Source of the DNA: Neoechinorhynchus agilis | Taxonomy: Eukaryota; Animalia; Acanthocephala | Direction: 5' to 3' | DNA length: 64,000 nucleotides | NCBI GenBank assembly: GCA_051530055.1 | Contig: CM121341.1 | Coordinates: 14,858,784-14,922,783 of the forward strand | Shown here: piece after piece, positions 11,500 to 23,075 of the stretch | Layout of the letters: every line of letters starts with the position of its first letter | Position numbering within the stretch: the first letter of the stretch is position 1 | The notes under the pieces: generated by a model | What the model saw: only the letters and a program-made list of their open reading frames with translations | Databases searched by the model: none | Told to the model about the DNA's origin: nothing | Position numbers and translations under genes: made by a program

Positions 11500-12330
11500 T
11501 CGATATGTATTTATTTTAGCGCTCGCTCACAAACTGTTATATGCCTAGCCGTCCTCGTCCTCAATTGTCGCCCGAATGCTTGCAGTGTTGCCTTTCAACA
11601 CGGCGATGCTGATATTTTGAACCAGGTATTGACCTGACCTTGCATCGCCGGTTGTAACCTGAAGGCGTCGCTTCAGATCCTTCAGAAGTTGAAGAGCCTC
11701 GCTACCAAGAGATCCGTAGGTCCCAGCCCCAAAAGGTGCAAACACATCAGCCCGGGCTAAATTGAGGTATTTTGCCGTTTTCCTTCCTTCCGCAGCACTC
11801 GCTGCACCTCCAGCTTGAACCACCGAGAACTTGAGATTGCTGGCTGCGAGTGTATCGACAGAAGTGGCGTCCCAGATGAGGTATTTACCATCCCGTCACG
11901 GAAATACGGTTCTACGCCCGTCGTCCCTACAGTGCTTGGCAGGTTCCAAAATATTCGGGGCATGTACCGTAACAAGTGCCCGGCTCAGCACCATGTTAAT
12001 TTCGGCATGTCGTGCGAATCTACTAGCTGATTTTCTACAGATGAGACCATGGCATCCCGACGAATCCACATTTGCACCGCAGCGGCAACGGTGGGGATGA
12101 CACATCGGTAGTCCTAGTCTCATTGAAACTCCGACCCGTACTGCCTCGTCGTAGAGGAAAGTACCCACGGATGCCAGCGGGACCGCGTTCAACCAAGCAC
12201 CTGATTCTCTAGTGGAAACTGCTAACAACCTGGCACGGACAACGTCGTCGCTTGAGTCTGATAGGAGAGAGCTTTGAACTCTTGCGACGAGAGGTCGATC
12301 CCACACAGATTGCTTTTGGCGGTTAAGAGC
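11500..12330 (-). mobile_element. 5'-truncated CRE-clade retrotransposon (RT end, CCHC finger, RLE nuclease, 3' UTR)
   Basis: Motifs WDRPLV..ARLLAVSTRESGAWL, HRCRCGA..HGLICR...RHAEIN, DGR, IWDAT and QNISIAVLKGN. One frameshift near 11900; AATAAA after the stop at 11545. Confidence 0.9.
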
Positions 12331-12385
12331 CTTTTGAGATTATATCGTCTCAAATTCATGTTCAAACCCATTACGAATAACTATC

Positions 12386-12598
12386 ATTAGAGCAGTAGTA
12401 TTATTTAGGTCTTCAACCGGTAAATTCTTTTTTATTAAAGATGTTTCTAACCTCGTCAGGTTCATTATCAGTTTATGTTAGTTGTGGTCTTAAGCGTCAT
12501 TTAATAACTAACAAAGCGATGATGAACCCGACGAGATTCGAAACGTCCTTAATAAAAAATTATTTAGCGGGTGAAGACTTCTAAATAAAACTTCTAAT
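12386..12598. mobile_element. Imperfect palindrome of two decayed Penelope-type minimal hammerhead units
   Basis: Arms at about 12402-12483 and 12506-12587. Right arm: AAG-C(-)GATGA-T-GAACC-cgacga-GATTC-GAAAC-GTC-CTT-AATAAA. Left arm (reverse complement): AAA-CTGATAA-T-GAACC-tgacga-GGTTA-GAAAC-ATC-TTT-AATAAA. Confidence 0.7.
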
Positions 12599-13676
12599 CA
12601 TGTACCCCGGTACCTCACATATCGACATATCATTGGCTGAACAAAGCTGTCGATATCTTTTTTAATCATCCAATCTTTTCTTGCGCGAAATCAACTAAGA
12701 TCGTTATTCCTATTGATTTTTTCACTTCTAAGTAATCCATTATTCTGGTTCGTTATTGTGCCAGATGAAAAGTCTCCGTTAAAACAGCTATAAATTACGC
12801 CCGTAATCTGCTTAGCAGAAGTTCGCTAGTTTTTCAACCCGAAAATCGTGCATTTTTAAATGAACTTGTCCTGCCTTTTCAGAATTGTTCATAACCAATG
12901 TACTAGTCTAAGTTCTTCAATAGTTTTTCATAATCGTGTTTAAAAGAAGCTGGAACTCTAAGCTCGCTTAGAACTCAGTTGCCTATGAACATTCCAAAAT
13001 GCCCCGTTTTCGTGATCCTCGGCACAATCTATGTTCTTCATTATCCATGCATCCAAAAATAACCATTAACCTTGCCGTTGGTTCCTTTTCACTGAAGATT
13101 GGGTCCCGGTAACCAAGCAACGACATGCGCATTACATCGCATTATTCATAATTACTAACAGCGGTTTCGAGACGAACTAACGAACGGGAAGCATATGTGA
13201 GTATACATGAAATTTGTGAAGCCTCTTCCCGATTATTTCCTCCCTGTAAGCGACATCCTGTCTTTGTCAGACAAGCTCTATTTTTGGTTGTGTGGTTTCA
13301 CCCGCCTACACATTTCGGTTGGTAATAAAAGCCTCACACAGAAATAGTGGCTGACAAAACGACTCCGTGCTCAGTTGAGTGCCGTAAATGTGCCTGTAGA
13401 GACGATGCGATTCTTAAGCTTTAAAACCTAAGCACTAGCTAAAAAGCTTCAGCTTCTCTTTTAGTCGTCACGCAAAGACTCTCACATACAGTCATATTTG
13501 ATTGAGATGAAAAACGAGTGTCGGTGTAAATGTAACTGTAACAAAAAGAAAAGGTTTGCTAAATTTTGCTTTCGCTCACATACGTTCACTCACACATACC
13601 CTGCACTCATACAACGCGTGTAACGCATATAACCCGAACTTTCAGAATTATTGAATCATCCAACAAAATTGAGATA

Positions 13677-15051
13677 ATGGAGGCTCCGATTTACCTTACC
13701 GAAGAAAAACAAAAGGAATTAGCTGATATCGCTCATAGCATTGTGGCCAAAGGAAAGGGAATTCTCGCAGCTGATGAATCTATCGGTGAGTTTCTCTTTT
13801 AACTTCACTTTTCTATTATGCGGAAGCCAAGAGTACTCTGTGATCTGTACTCACTTAACGATTACTGAATTTTAGCTCTTTCACGGTTTCATGTCTTCCT
13901 TTGGCATCCCAATCTTAACTCGTTTTGCACCAAATCATTTTTAATCTATATCTTAATCAAATTGATAACTCTAAGATTTCGAATAAGAACATTCTACGAT
14001 GCCTTGTGGACTCATTTAAAAATTATTCTTTCTATATATACACCCAGGACTTGACGATTTTCGCTTAGGTTCAATGGCCAAACGGCTAAATCCAATTGGT
14101 CTCGAGAACACTGAAGAGAACCGACGCCTCTACCGTCAAATCCTATTTACTGGAGATGCCGAGCTTGCAAAGTACATCTCAGGAGTTATTATGTTTGATG
14201 AAACGTTCTACCAAAAGGCGGATGATGGCACACCATTTGTTCAAATTCTTCAGAAAAAAGGAATTATTCCTGGAATCAAGGTCGATACCGGTCTAATTCC
14301 GCTTGGCGGTACCAATGAAGAAACAACGACTCAAGGTCTTGATGAGCTCAATAAGCGATGCGCAAATTACAAGAAGAATGGGGCACAATTCGCCAAATGG
14401 CGATGTGCACTTAAAATCGGTCCACGACTGCCATCACATTTGTCAATTATTGAAAATGCCAACGTTTTGGCCCGCTACGCTTCTATTTGTCAACAAAATG
14501 GCTTGGTACCTATTGTTGAACCCGAGATATTGCCTGATGGTGATCATACACTTGCTCACTGTCGGTGGGTAACCGAAAAGGTTCTCGCTGCCACATATAA
14601 GGCGCTCTCAGATCACCACATTTACCTCGAAGGAACTCTTCTTAAACCTAACATGGTTACTTGCGGTCACTCCCATAAGGAACAAGCTTCTCCGATGGAG
14701 GTTGGTCTTGCTACGGTCACCGCCTTAAGACGAACCGTCCCCGCTGCCGTTCCTGGGGTCTGCTTTTTGTCTGGAGGACAAGGAGAGGAACAAGCTACTC
14801 TGAACCTTGACGGGATCAATAAACAGAAACTTCTCAAGCCATGGGCACTTACTTTTAGTTATGGGCGAGCCCTTCAAGCATCCGTACTTAATGCGTGGCA
14901 AGGAAAACCTGAGAACGTAGCAAAAGCTCAACATGAACTTTTGGTTAGAGCAAAGGCTAATTCAGAGGCCGCTCAAGGAATCTATGGCGGAAGCGGAGCA
15001 TCAGGTGCTGCGGCTGATAAAAGTCTTTTCGTAGCCGGCCATAGTTATTAG
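13677..15051 (+). CDS. ALDO: Fructose-bisphosphate aldolase class I; exons 13677-13785 and 14069-15051
   Basis: [10 protein letters not shown] / AKWRC / VPIVEPE / [10 protein letters not shown] / FLSGGQ / FSYGRALQ motifs. A phase-1 GT-AG intron (13786-14068) joins ESIG-SMAKRL. Confidence 0.97.
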
Positions 15052-15379
15052 ATGCCATGAACGAGAAAAGGATAGTTTATGAGAGAAGATTGTCTTACAA
15101 AAGTCGTTTTTAAAGTTGCCGAAGGGGTATATGCTTGTGCGAAAATGCAGATAGAAAATTCGTGAGAGATTTCGTGATCATCCTGAAATTCCATTTGTAC
15201 CGTAAATGTTTTTTCACGGCGTCCAGCAGTTTGCCTCCAATGAACAAACGACAGTGAATTAGAATTCAACGAGGCAACAGCAGTTCCTGCTAAGAGGCGA
15301 AAACATCTCTAAAATCTACTAACCTATTTTTGCGCTTGCTATCTAAATCACCATTAAACGTCGTCCAATTTCCTCTTTC

Positions 15380-15800
15380 GCCCTCTTTCCAGGCTTTATA
15401 CATGAAGGCACTTCTCCAATCTTTTGTGCTTCCTTTTCTTGTCCTCCTCCTTTTATCTGTTTATCATGGTTTATGCTCTAAATATTTTTTAATGTTCTGT
15501 GAACTTTTTCAACTGATGATACGTGAGTCCACCGGTAGCCCATATTCGACGCTTCTTTCCATTTGTCGCTTTCCATTTATTATTATTTAAAAACTTTGCT
15601 TAGTTTATCAGATCTCTCCATTTCTGTTCAAATTAATAGTCAGAACCGATTGCATCACCAGCCAACCTCACAAGCTCTACTGGAAACAATATCCATCAGT
15701 CCCAACCAAAACGGGCATCCGCCGATGGGATAGTCCCACTCGAACTTCCCATCTTACTAAAACAGTAATGTACTCAATAATCAACGTCCGCATTCTTTTA
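15380..15800 (+). mobile_element. Possible decayed 3' end of a CR1/L2-like element
   Basis: Pyrimidine-rich stretch sharing CCAACCTCACAAGCTCT with the LINE 3' end at about 30387-30403. Confidence 0.3.
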
Positions 15801-16607
15801 ACAACTCTGAACTCGAGTGTTCATGAGGACGCAAAGACTTTGGTCCTATTCTTTGTATTTTAACAAATAGACGTGTTTTTATTTTTATCTCGTTTTTGTG
15901 CTTTTTTATATTTCCCAATATGGTTATTTTATTAAAGCATTTAAAGGCATTTGCTGAATTATCAAACTGCTTATATTTAATCTTATTTTGTTTCAGCTTT
16001 TATTCTAAATTGATTTCCAAATTTTTCACCAATTTTGTCTTCATTCCCTCAAACTTGTGCGTATTTCACAACACATAAGTCGTTTTCATCCTCCAGTCCT
16101 TTCGCCAGATTGCGTCTTTCCTTTCGGGAATGAGGCTTCAAATTTACCTGCTGATATTTAATTTTTTATGGATTCTGTATTAAAAAAATTCGATTTTTGG
16201 TAAGCATGTTTGCTGCCATATCAGCATATAATTAATAAACGAAAATATCTTTGGTTTTCCTTCATCTTATAGCAGGATTTTTAAAAAGTGCTTTTAGGTC
16301 CTACGCCTTTTATGTTTAGGAGAACGCATAAGTAAAAATTAAGCAGATATAAATGAAAATAATCACCATCATAATTCAAATTGTACTCATGTTTAACCTT
16401 TGAGACTGCCGCAATGAATAGTTTAAAGTATGTAACACGAGCAATTACTAGAGCTGCAAACTCACTTGTTTTATCACGTCAAGTACAATGATTTTGCAAT
16501 ACTTGTTCGCTGTCTTTTCATAGCGAATGTTGCGTGAAAGGAAAAATGACTGTCGCGCATGCTGAGTGTTGTAGACGAAAAATCTTCTTAATCCCTAAGG
16601 AAAAGCG

Positions 16608-17060
16608 TCAGTCAGTGTCAGTAACTACATTTGTTTCATCAATAATGGAGGCGGTCTTTAGGTTTTTATAACCACAGGATCTTCTTCCAATTTGCACAAA
16701 GTCTTTAGGTTTATGTGGAATCAGTGAATTCTCATGAGCTGTGGTCCAGAGTGAATTCGATGTGATTTCGAAAGTGATACTCTCGCAATGGGAGTAAGAC
16801 ACGATTTCATAGAGTTTCAATCTCATAATATCGACATCTGACGAAAAAATGTAACCTTTTGCCAGCAAGTAGTCGAGAATCACAAATGGATTCGGATGAA
16901 TTGTTTGATAAGTAAAATGTATTAGGTGAAAATGGTTTTTGCTTTTATCGCGCAGTCGAATAAATAGATGCTGCGCATTCGAGTCGTGCTGAATTCCGTT
17001 GATTATTGAGTTATCAGGTACTTGCATTTCAGGACTCGATTTGGCGTCGAAATGACGGGT
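16608..17060 (-). CDS. Unidentified open frame (probable exon of an orphan gene) just downstream of VPS25
   Basis: About 150 codons without a stop in ~35% GC DNA, with a possible acceptor caatatag near 17065. No recognisable family. Confidence 0.35.
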   Translation of the reverse strand, partial: TRHFDAKSSPEMQVPDNSIINGIQHDSNAQHLFIRLRDKSKNHFHLIHFTYQTIHPNPFVILDYLLAKGYIFSSDVDIMRLKLYEIVSYSHCESITFEITSNSLWTTAHENSLIPHKPKDFVQIGRRSCGYKNLKTASIIDETNVVTDTD

Positions 17061-17259
17061 CTATATTGTCGCTATGACAACACTACAGAGGCATTTCAAA
17101 TCTCACAGAAAGTCAGCAGCTGCGCCTTCGAGCTTAAAAGTTCCTTTCATTGGAACGAAACTTGCGAAGTGAAATACATTAAGAACAAAAAGCTTGATGA
17201 AGATTTGCCCCTTTCAAATTTTACATATTACAATTTTTTTATTATTAAACAGTGCAAAA

Positions 17260-18025
17260 CTACAAAACCTTAAATCCACAGCCATCTTCGTTCTCAATAA
17301 TCTCAATCAATGCGTGCTCTTGTTCAATTTTCCTCAAAATCAAAAACATTAGATCATTATCCATCTGATGAAAATCTTAATCTCTGATTGGATACAAAAT
17401 AATCTTTTTTATCTAAAAAACCTTCTTGGGGATGTTCAGTAATCATTTGATAGATCGTAACTATACTTCTCGGTAACAGAAATCTTTTAATCTAAATTTT
17501 TTAGTACAATGATCATTGAAAAGAAGGACACTTACGAAATTCTCAATGGTATTCATCCAATCAGGTATGCTTTTCCAAAGAACAAATACGTTGGATTTGG
17601 TTTTATCCGAGTAAACAAGACTTTCTTTATATAAATACTTAAAAATTATTGATTTATTACAAAAAAACCTGTAGAGATCATATAATCTTGTAGTACATCC
17701 AAAAATTCCTTGTCAACACATCCTGCACGATGCAAAAGTAGCATTATGAGCTTAAATTCAAAAATATTACTGTTAATTTCTTGATTTTGAAAAATCGGAT
17801 CGGTTCTAAAAGTGCCAATGTTTATCTTCGTGATATTCTGATGTTTATAATTGTCTAATAGGACATCTGACCACAGCTGCATTTGTCGGTGCCTCGTATC
17901 GAGATTTGGCTGAAGGCTATGATTGAGCATTAGAAGCAAATGCAAAAGCGGTTGAATCCGTACGTGTAAAAAGGAGGGAATTTCAGCATTGTTCGAGGAA
18001 TGGCGTCTTCATGTGGCGACGACAT
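17260..18025 (-). CDS. VPS25: ESCRT-II subunit Vps25, 6 exons with ~45-50 nt introns
   Basis: Spliced product MSSPHEDAIPRTMLKFPPFYT-LQPNLDTRHRQMQLWSDV...PIFQN...DKTKSNVFVLWKSIPDW...IVTIYQM...DFHQMD...GFKVL* follows the Vps25 pattern (FPPFFTLQPN, LFxN, WRxxxxW, FHGLD). First intron 17917-17963. Confidence 0.88.
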
Positions 18026-18677
18026 TCAATCTTAAGATGCGGAAATGAACGATATGGTAGTCATTATCAATGGAGATGTTTGGTTCAATCTTAAGTTCAT
18101 TCAAGCACACACTTTCCAGCGTCGGAATTCAATCTGTAGGAGCTCACGGGTTCGATTTCCAAAGACCATTTGGTGGTGTCAGGAAGGACGAGCAAGTATT
18201 TTTCGGGCAAATTCACAAACTACAAAACGACGGCTCCATGTTTTTCTCAATAACAAAAAGTACACTTTTCACGTAGACAAAAGTCGCCAAAGCGAACAGT
18301 AAGAAAAAACGTACACTTTCATCCCCGTGGTTTATCGTTTTCTCGGCTTTAAAGAAGGAAAATCTGATGGCCAATCGACCACGGCACTTTCGAGTCTTGA
18401 GTGACTTTTCAAATACCTAGCAATCTTGATGGAGCCACTGTGAACGATTCCAACTTTCCTAAATGAACACAAGGCTGCGCCCTACAAAGGTGACGATCCG
18501 AATGAAACGGACTTTCCGAGTGTTTTTAGATTTGAATTGATAATGACTCATAAAATCAGTCGAAATATATTCGACTTTAATGATCACTCTTGGGTATTGA
18601 TAATGGTCCAAAAGAATAATACGTCTAACCACCCAAATGCAATCCTCAACGAATAATGATGCTGTACCGTTAGAAAT

Positions 18678-18732
18678 GCCGAATTCCGCCAAAGACGGTC
18701 CCAAGCCCGGCTGAGAAAGGAGGAGGGTCGGT
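18678..18732 (+). ncRNA. Twister ribozyme motif (P1 type) at the 5' end of the RTE element
   Basis: AA-UUCC-GC-caaaga-CGG-UCCCAAGC-CCG-gcugagaaa-GGAG-GAGGG: P2, P4, pseudoknots T1/T2 and the GAGGG strand all match. The P1/cleavage junction looks 2 nt short. Confidence 0.75.
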
Positions 18733-21560
18733 TTCAGGAAGGGCATCCGACTGTAAAAAACCTTGAAAAAACAAATTACATTCATGTCTAATATTCATTT
18801 TGCAAGCACTATAGCTAGGGCGTCCCCCGTAAACGACGCGCATTCTCAACCCCCCGGAGTTTGTGATAAATCCGCCATGGTTACCGAGTTGCCGACGAAC
18901 TCGGCTAAAGAAGCAAGTCGATATAAAAATCCGAATAGCGAGTCTAAATGTGGGTACGATGACAGGAAGAAGTCGAGAGATAATGTATATGATGTGGAGG
19001 CGACGGATCCAAATACTAGGAGTACAGGGAACTCGATGTAAGGGGGCAAAAGTGAGGGAATTGAATGTTGGATTTAAATTGTTCTACAATGGAGGTGGTG
19101 TTGGGTTGATTCTGAATGGTGATCTGGTAGATAAATTGGTGTCAGTGAACAGAAGGAGCGATATAGTGATGTCGGTAAGGATCAACTGGGCGGACGTCGT
19201 AATAACCATCGTTTCCGCCTACGCGCCGCAAGTGGGTTGTCGTGATGAAAAAAAGTCCAATTTCTGGGAAGATCTATCCGAGGCAATGCCCACAGTTGAA
19301 GGTCGATGCGTGGTATTGGAGATTTCAACGGGCATGTTGGATCCAGGGCGTGCTATGAACGAATTCACGGAAACTAAAGCGCAAGGAATTCCGAGGGCGA
19401 AAAGCTGTTGGATTTCGCAATAGTAAAGGAGCTGCGTATTACCAACACATTCTTCATGACGGATCGAAGATACTTAGCGACGTTTTTAAGTGGACGATAT
19501 GAGAGTCAAATCGATTTCATTCTCTACCCAATCGATAAGCAGCGAGAAGTACAGAATGTCAAGACTTTATTGGGCGAAGATTGTGCTTTACAACATAGAC
19601 CACTCATAGTAGATTTGAAGATCAGGACGGTGAGTAAGCCTTAAAAAGCGATCCTCATACCGAAAACCAGATGGTGGAAATTGGTGGATGATGATATAAA
19701 ACATCGAATGTGTGAAGCACTCGCTCCGAAAATATGTGCCATGGTAACAGATGTTGAGAGTTGGTGGAGCGATACGAGCGAAATCATAACCGAGGTAGCC
19801 AAGAAAGTATTGGGAATGACATCGGGAAAACCTCCGCCCCGAAACAAGGAAGTCTAGTGGTGGAACGAAAAAGTCAAGGACGCTGTGAGCCGTAAGCGTG
19901 CTGCAGCCGACCTAAAGTTATATGATCGACTGGATAGAGATATGGGTCGAGAATTGATATTTAAGCTGGTTAAACTCCGTGATAAGAGATCGAGAGACAT
20001 AGTCCAGCAAAAGTCCATCAAGGACAACAATGGAACCATACTTTACTGGAATGAAAAGATCCTTGCGAGATGGAGAGAGTATTTCGAAACTGATGAATGC
20101 GAGGAACCCGTGTGATCCTATCAAAGTAAGGCATGCAAATAATAATATGGTACAACGATTCTCGTATGAAGAAGTAGCGGCGAAAATGATAGGAATGAGA
20201 AGTGAAAAAAGTGTTGGGCTTGATCAAATACCGATCGAATTGTGGAAAACGCTCTGTCATTTTGGAATACAGATATCGGCGAATTTATTTCGAAAGATTG
20301 ATGAACAAGGCAGGATACCTACTGCTTAGCAGAAAAGTACACTAGTTCCCATCTTCAAGCAAAAAAGTGACGCATTGCAATGTGGTAATTATAGAGGAAT
20401 TAAGATGATGTGCCACACAATGAAGCTATGGGAAAGATTATTGGATAGCAGGATCATGAAGGAAATTGTTATTAGCGAAGATCATCGTGGAGTAATGCCG
20501 AGCAGGAGTACTACAGATGCAATATTTGTATTGAGGCAGCTTTACGAAAGGTTCAGCGAAAAACCACGACCACTACATAGCGCTTTTGTGGATTTGGCGA
20601 AGGCATATGATGCTGTGCCTAGGGATCTTGTATGGTCATGTCTCAGAATGAGAAACTGTCCAGAAAGATACGTGCAAGCGATTCAAGCTATGCACGAGAA
20701 TAGTCTCACGAGCGTACGATCAGCAGTATATCTGAGTTTTTCCAAGTTTCAAATGGTTTCCATTAAAGTTCAGCGCTGAGTCCGTTTCTGTTCGCGGTTG
20801 TGATGGATGTCCTAGGTAGTTCGGACAAAGGCTCACGAGCTCCATGGGAAATCGTTTTCGCAGACGATTTAGTACTTACGGCCGAAAAAGTAAGCCTATT
20901 ATAAAAGGATCTGGAAAGGTGGAGACGTGGACTCGAAATTAATGGTCTGAGAGTCAGCAGAACTAACACGTGCTATATGGGTTCAGAGAATTTATTCATG
21001 CAAGGAGTCGAGGTTGAAAAAAAGCGAACGTCAAGTATTTGGGTAGTGTGGTTAACTTGGACAATTCTTTGGCACCGCAAATCACCTTACGAATCCAGCA
21101 GGCGTGGGTGAATTGGAGGAAAGCCTCGGGCATCCTATGTGACCGGAGAGTTGCAGCGAACCTCAAAGAACGGGTCTATGAGGCGGTTGTTAGACCAGCT
21201 ATGACTTATGCGGCAAAGACTTGAGCCACAAAACAAGAGGATTTCAATAGACTGTCGGTAAATGAGATTAGGATGTTGCGGTGGGCAGCAGGAATCACAA
21301 GAAAGGATAAAGTCAGAAACGAGGAGATCAGAAAGCTGTTCCGTGTGGTACCCATCCGAGATGTGATCGCCAGGAAAAAGCTGCACTGGGAGGAGCGTCT
21401 GTCTATGGTAGACGAGGATGACAGGTTGAGGAGGATTAAAAAAGTTCGGATGGGGGGCCAAGGAGAAGAGGACGGCGGAAGAGAGGGTGGAAAGACTGCC
21501 TGAAAGATGATGCGAGGATGCTTATATGCGACCTCTCGTGACAAGTAATCGCATACGAAC
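18678..21560 (+). mobile_element. Near full-length, decayed RTE-clade LINE (APE + RT)
   Basis: IRIASLNVGTMTGRSREI, QIDFIL, CGNYRGIKMMCHTMKLWER, RSTTDAIF, FVDLAKAYDAVPR, FADDL, YEAVVRPAMTY, MLRWAAGITRKDKVRNEEIR. Many stops and frameshifts; typical RTE 5' motif TCAGGAAGGGCATCCG. Confidence 0.93.
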
Positions 21561-22117
21561 GATACGAAATTCTGCTTTATTTCTATTTCGTAAAACGCAT
21601 TGAATCTATGAGCAATCAAAACCCAATGTCAAACTAGAAACAAGTTTGTATTTCAAAGAAATTATTACAGTTTCTATTAATACCACGCTCTCTTCGTATG
21701 ATACAATCACTCGTTGGTGGCCCTCATAATTTTCGTTCGATTCACGACGTCCAAAATGCTCATCTCCTTAACAAAGAGCAGTAATTCACCGAACCCTAGT
21801 GCCAATTGATTGGTATCGTAGACGGAATTTAGGAAATCCCACTCATGTCGTGCGGTCGAAATATATTCGATTTTAGCGACCAAAACAATAACATAATAAA
21901 TACTTAAGTATCAATGTGTGGCCTTTTATCACAGCTAATAATTTTTCGGGCACACAGCCCACCGATCTGGTTCAGAGAAGTAATTGAATCACTCAATGCA
22001 CTGTACCATCCGGTATGAGTTTGTACATCTCTTGATCCTCAGACACCTCCAGGAGGCGAGACTCATCAATGAGTTCCTCCCTTCAGTGGTATTTCGTCCC
22101 ATTTGGTTGTGCGTCAT

Positions 22118-22191
22118 TGGTGGCAACGGATTCGAACCAGTTGACCCTTAACCGGGGTCCAGGGTATTAGTCCACTTCACCAACTCAACAC
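22118..22191 (-). pseudogene. tRNA-like sequence (pseudo-tRNA or tRNA-derived SINE head)
   Basis: A-box TGGTGAAGTGG, D-stem GGTG/TACC, B-box GGTTCGAATCC and a 3' end CCACCA. Acceptor and anticodon stems are imperfect. Confidence 0.55.
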
Positions 22192-22469
22192 AACTACGCA
22201 ATGCCAAACTTAGCTAGCTTTTTATTTTAATTCCAGGCCATTGAATTTTTGAATTTGATCGCTCTCTTGGTCTCGCTTCGGCGCTGCGCTTATTCGTGGC
22301 TTGCTCAGTCACCTCGACACATGAAAGTGAGATGCTAAAACGGACAGCACAGGAACTCCACGGATTTGATTTCCCCAAATCGATGATAGCCAGGCACAAT
22401 CGCTACAGCATGGTGAATTCTTTGACATTCTCGAGCAAGTCGGTTTAAGCAGATGCGGCGGAAAAGACC

Positions 22470-23075
22470 AGACGGCGGCCCATTCATATATGCCCCTCCT
22501 TAGTTTCCCCTCTCGGAATCCTAGAGATCCTTGAACGCCTGCCTCGCCATTCTTCCCCAAATTCGACTATCAGAAATTGGGCCATTCGTTTCATCATCCC
22601 GGAAATTATCGATCCTCCAACGCACATAACGAACCTTAGCTTTCGACTGGGCTCTTTCCCATCGTGTCTTAAGGAAGCCCGCGTTGTCCCCCTACCCAAA
22701 AACGATAAACCGATTTCCCCCACATCCTTTCGTACCATCTCCATCCTCTCACCTTTCTCTAAAATCTTAGAAAAATGTTTTAAAACCCGCCTACTTCCCT
22801 TCTTCCTCAAAAACATCTCCCCTTCCCAATTCGCTTTCCGTCCCAATTACTCTTGTTTTGATGCCCTATGCATCTACGATACGCTTGTGCGCAGCTTAGA
22901 TTCCAGTCCAGCATCAACCATCCGTATCGTGCAACTGGATATTTCCAGGGCGTTCGAGTCGGTAGATCACTCCCTTCTCCTCCAATCATGTGCTTCCTAT
23001 GGCCTCCCAACCTGGCAACTCGCTTGGATTTCCTCTTTCCTCCCCAACCGCAAACAATATAAATTCTACATTTAA
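22470..23075 (+). mobile_element. CR1/L2-like RT fragment, cut off on its 3' side by the 108-bp array
   Basis: KEARVVPLPK..FRTISILSPFSKILEK and QLDISRAFESVDHSLLL motifs; closely similar to 34565-35640. Confidence 0.88.
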
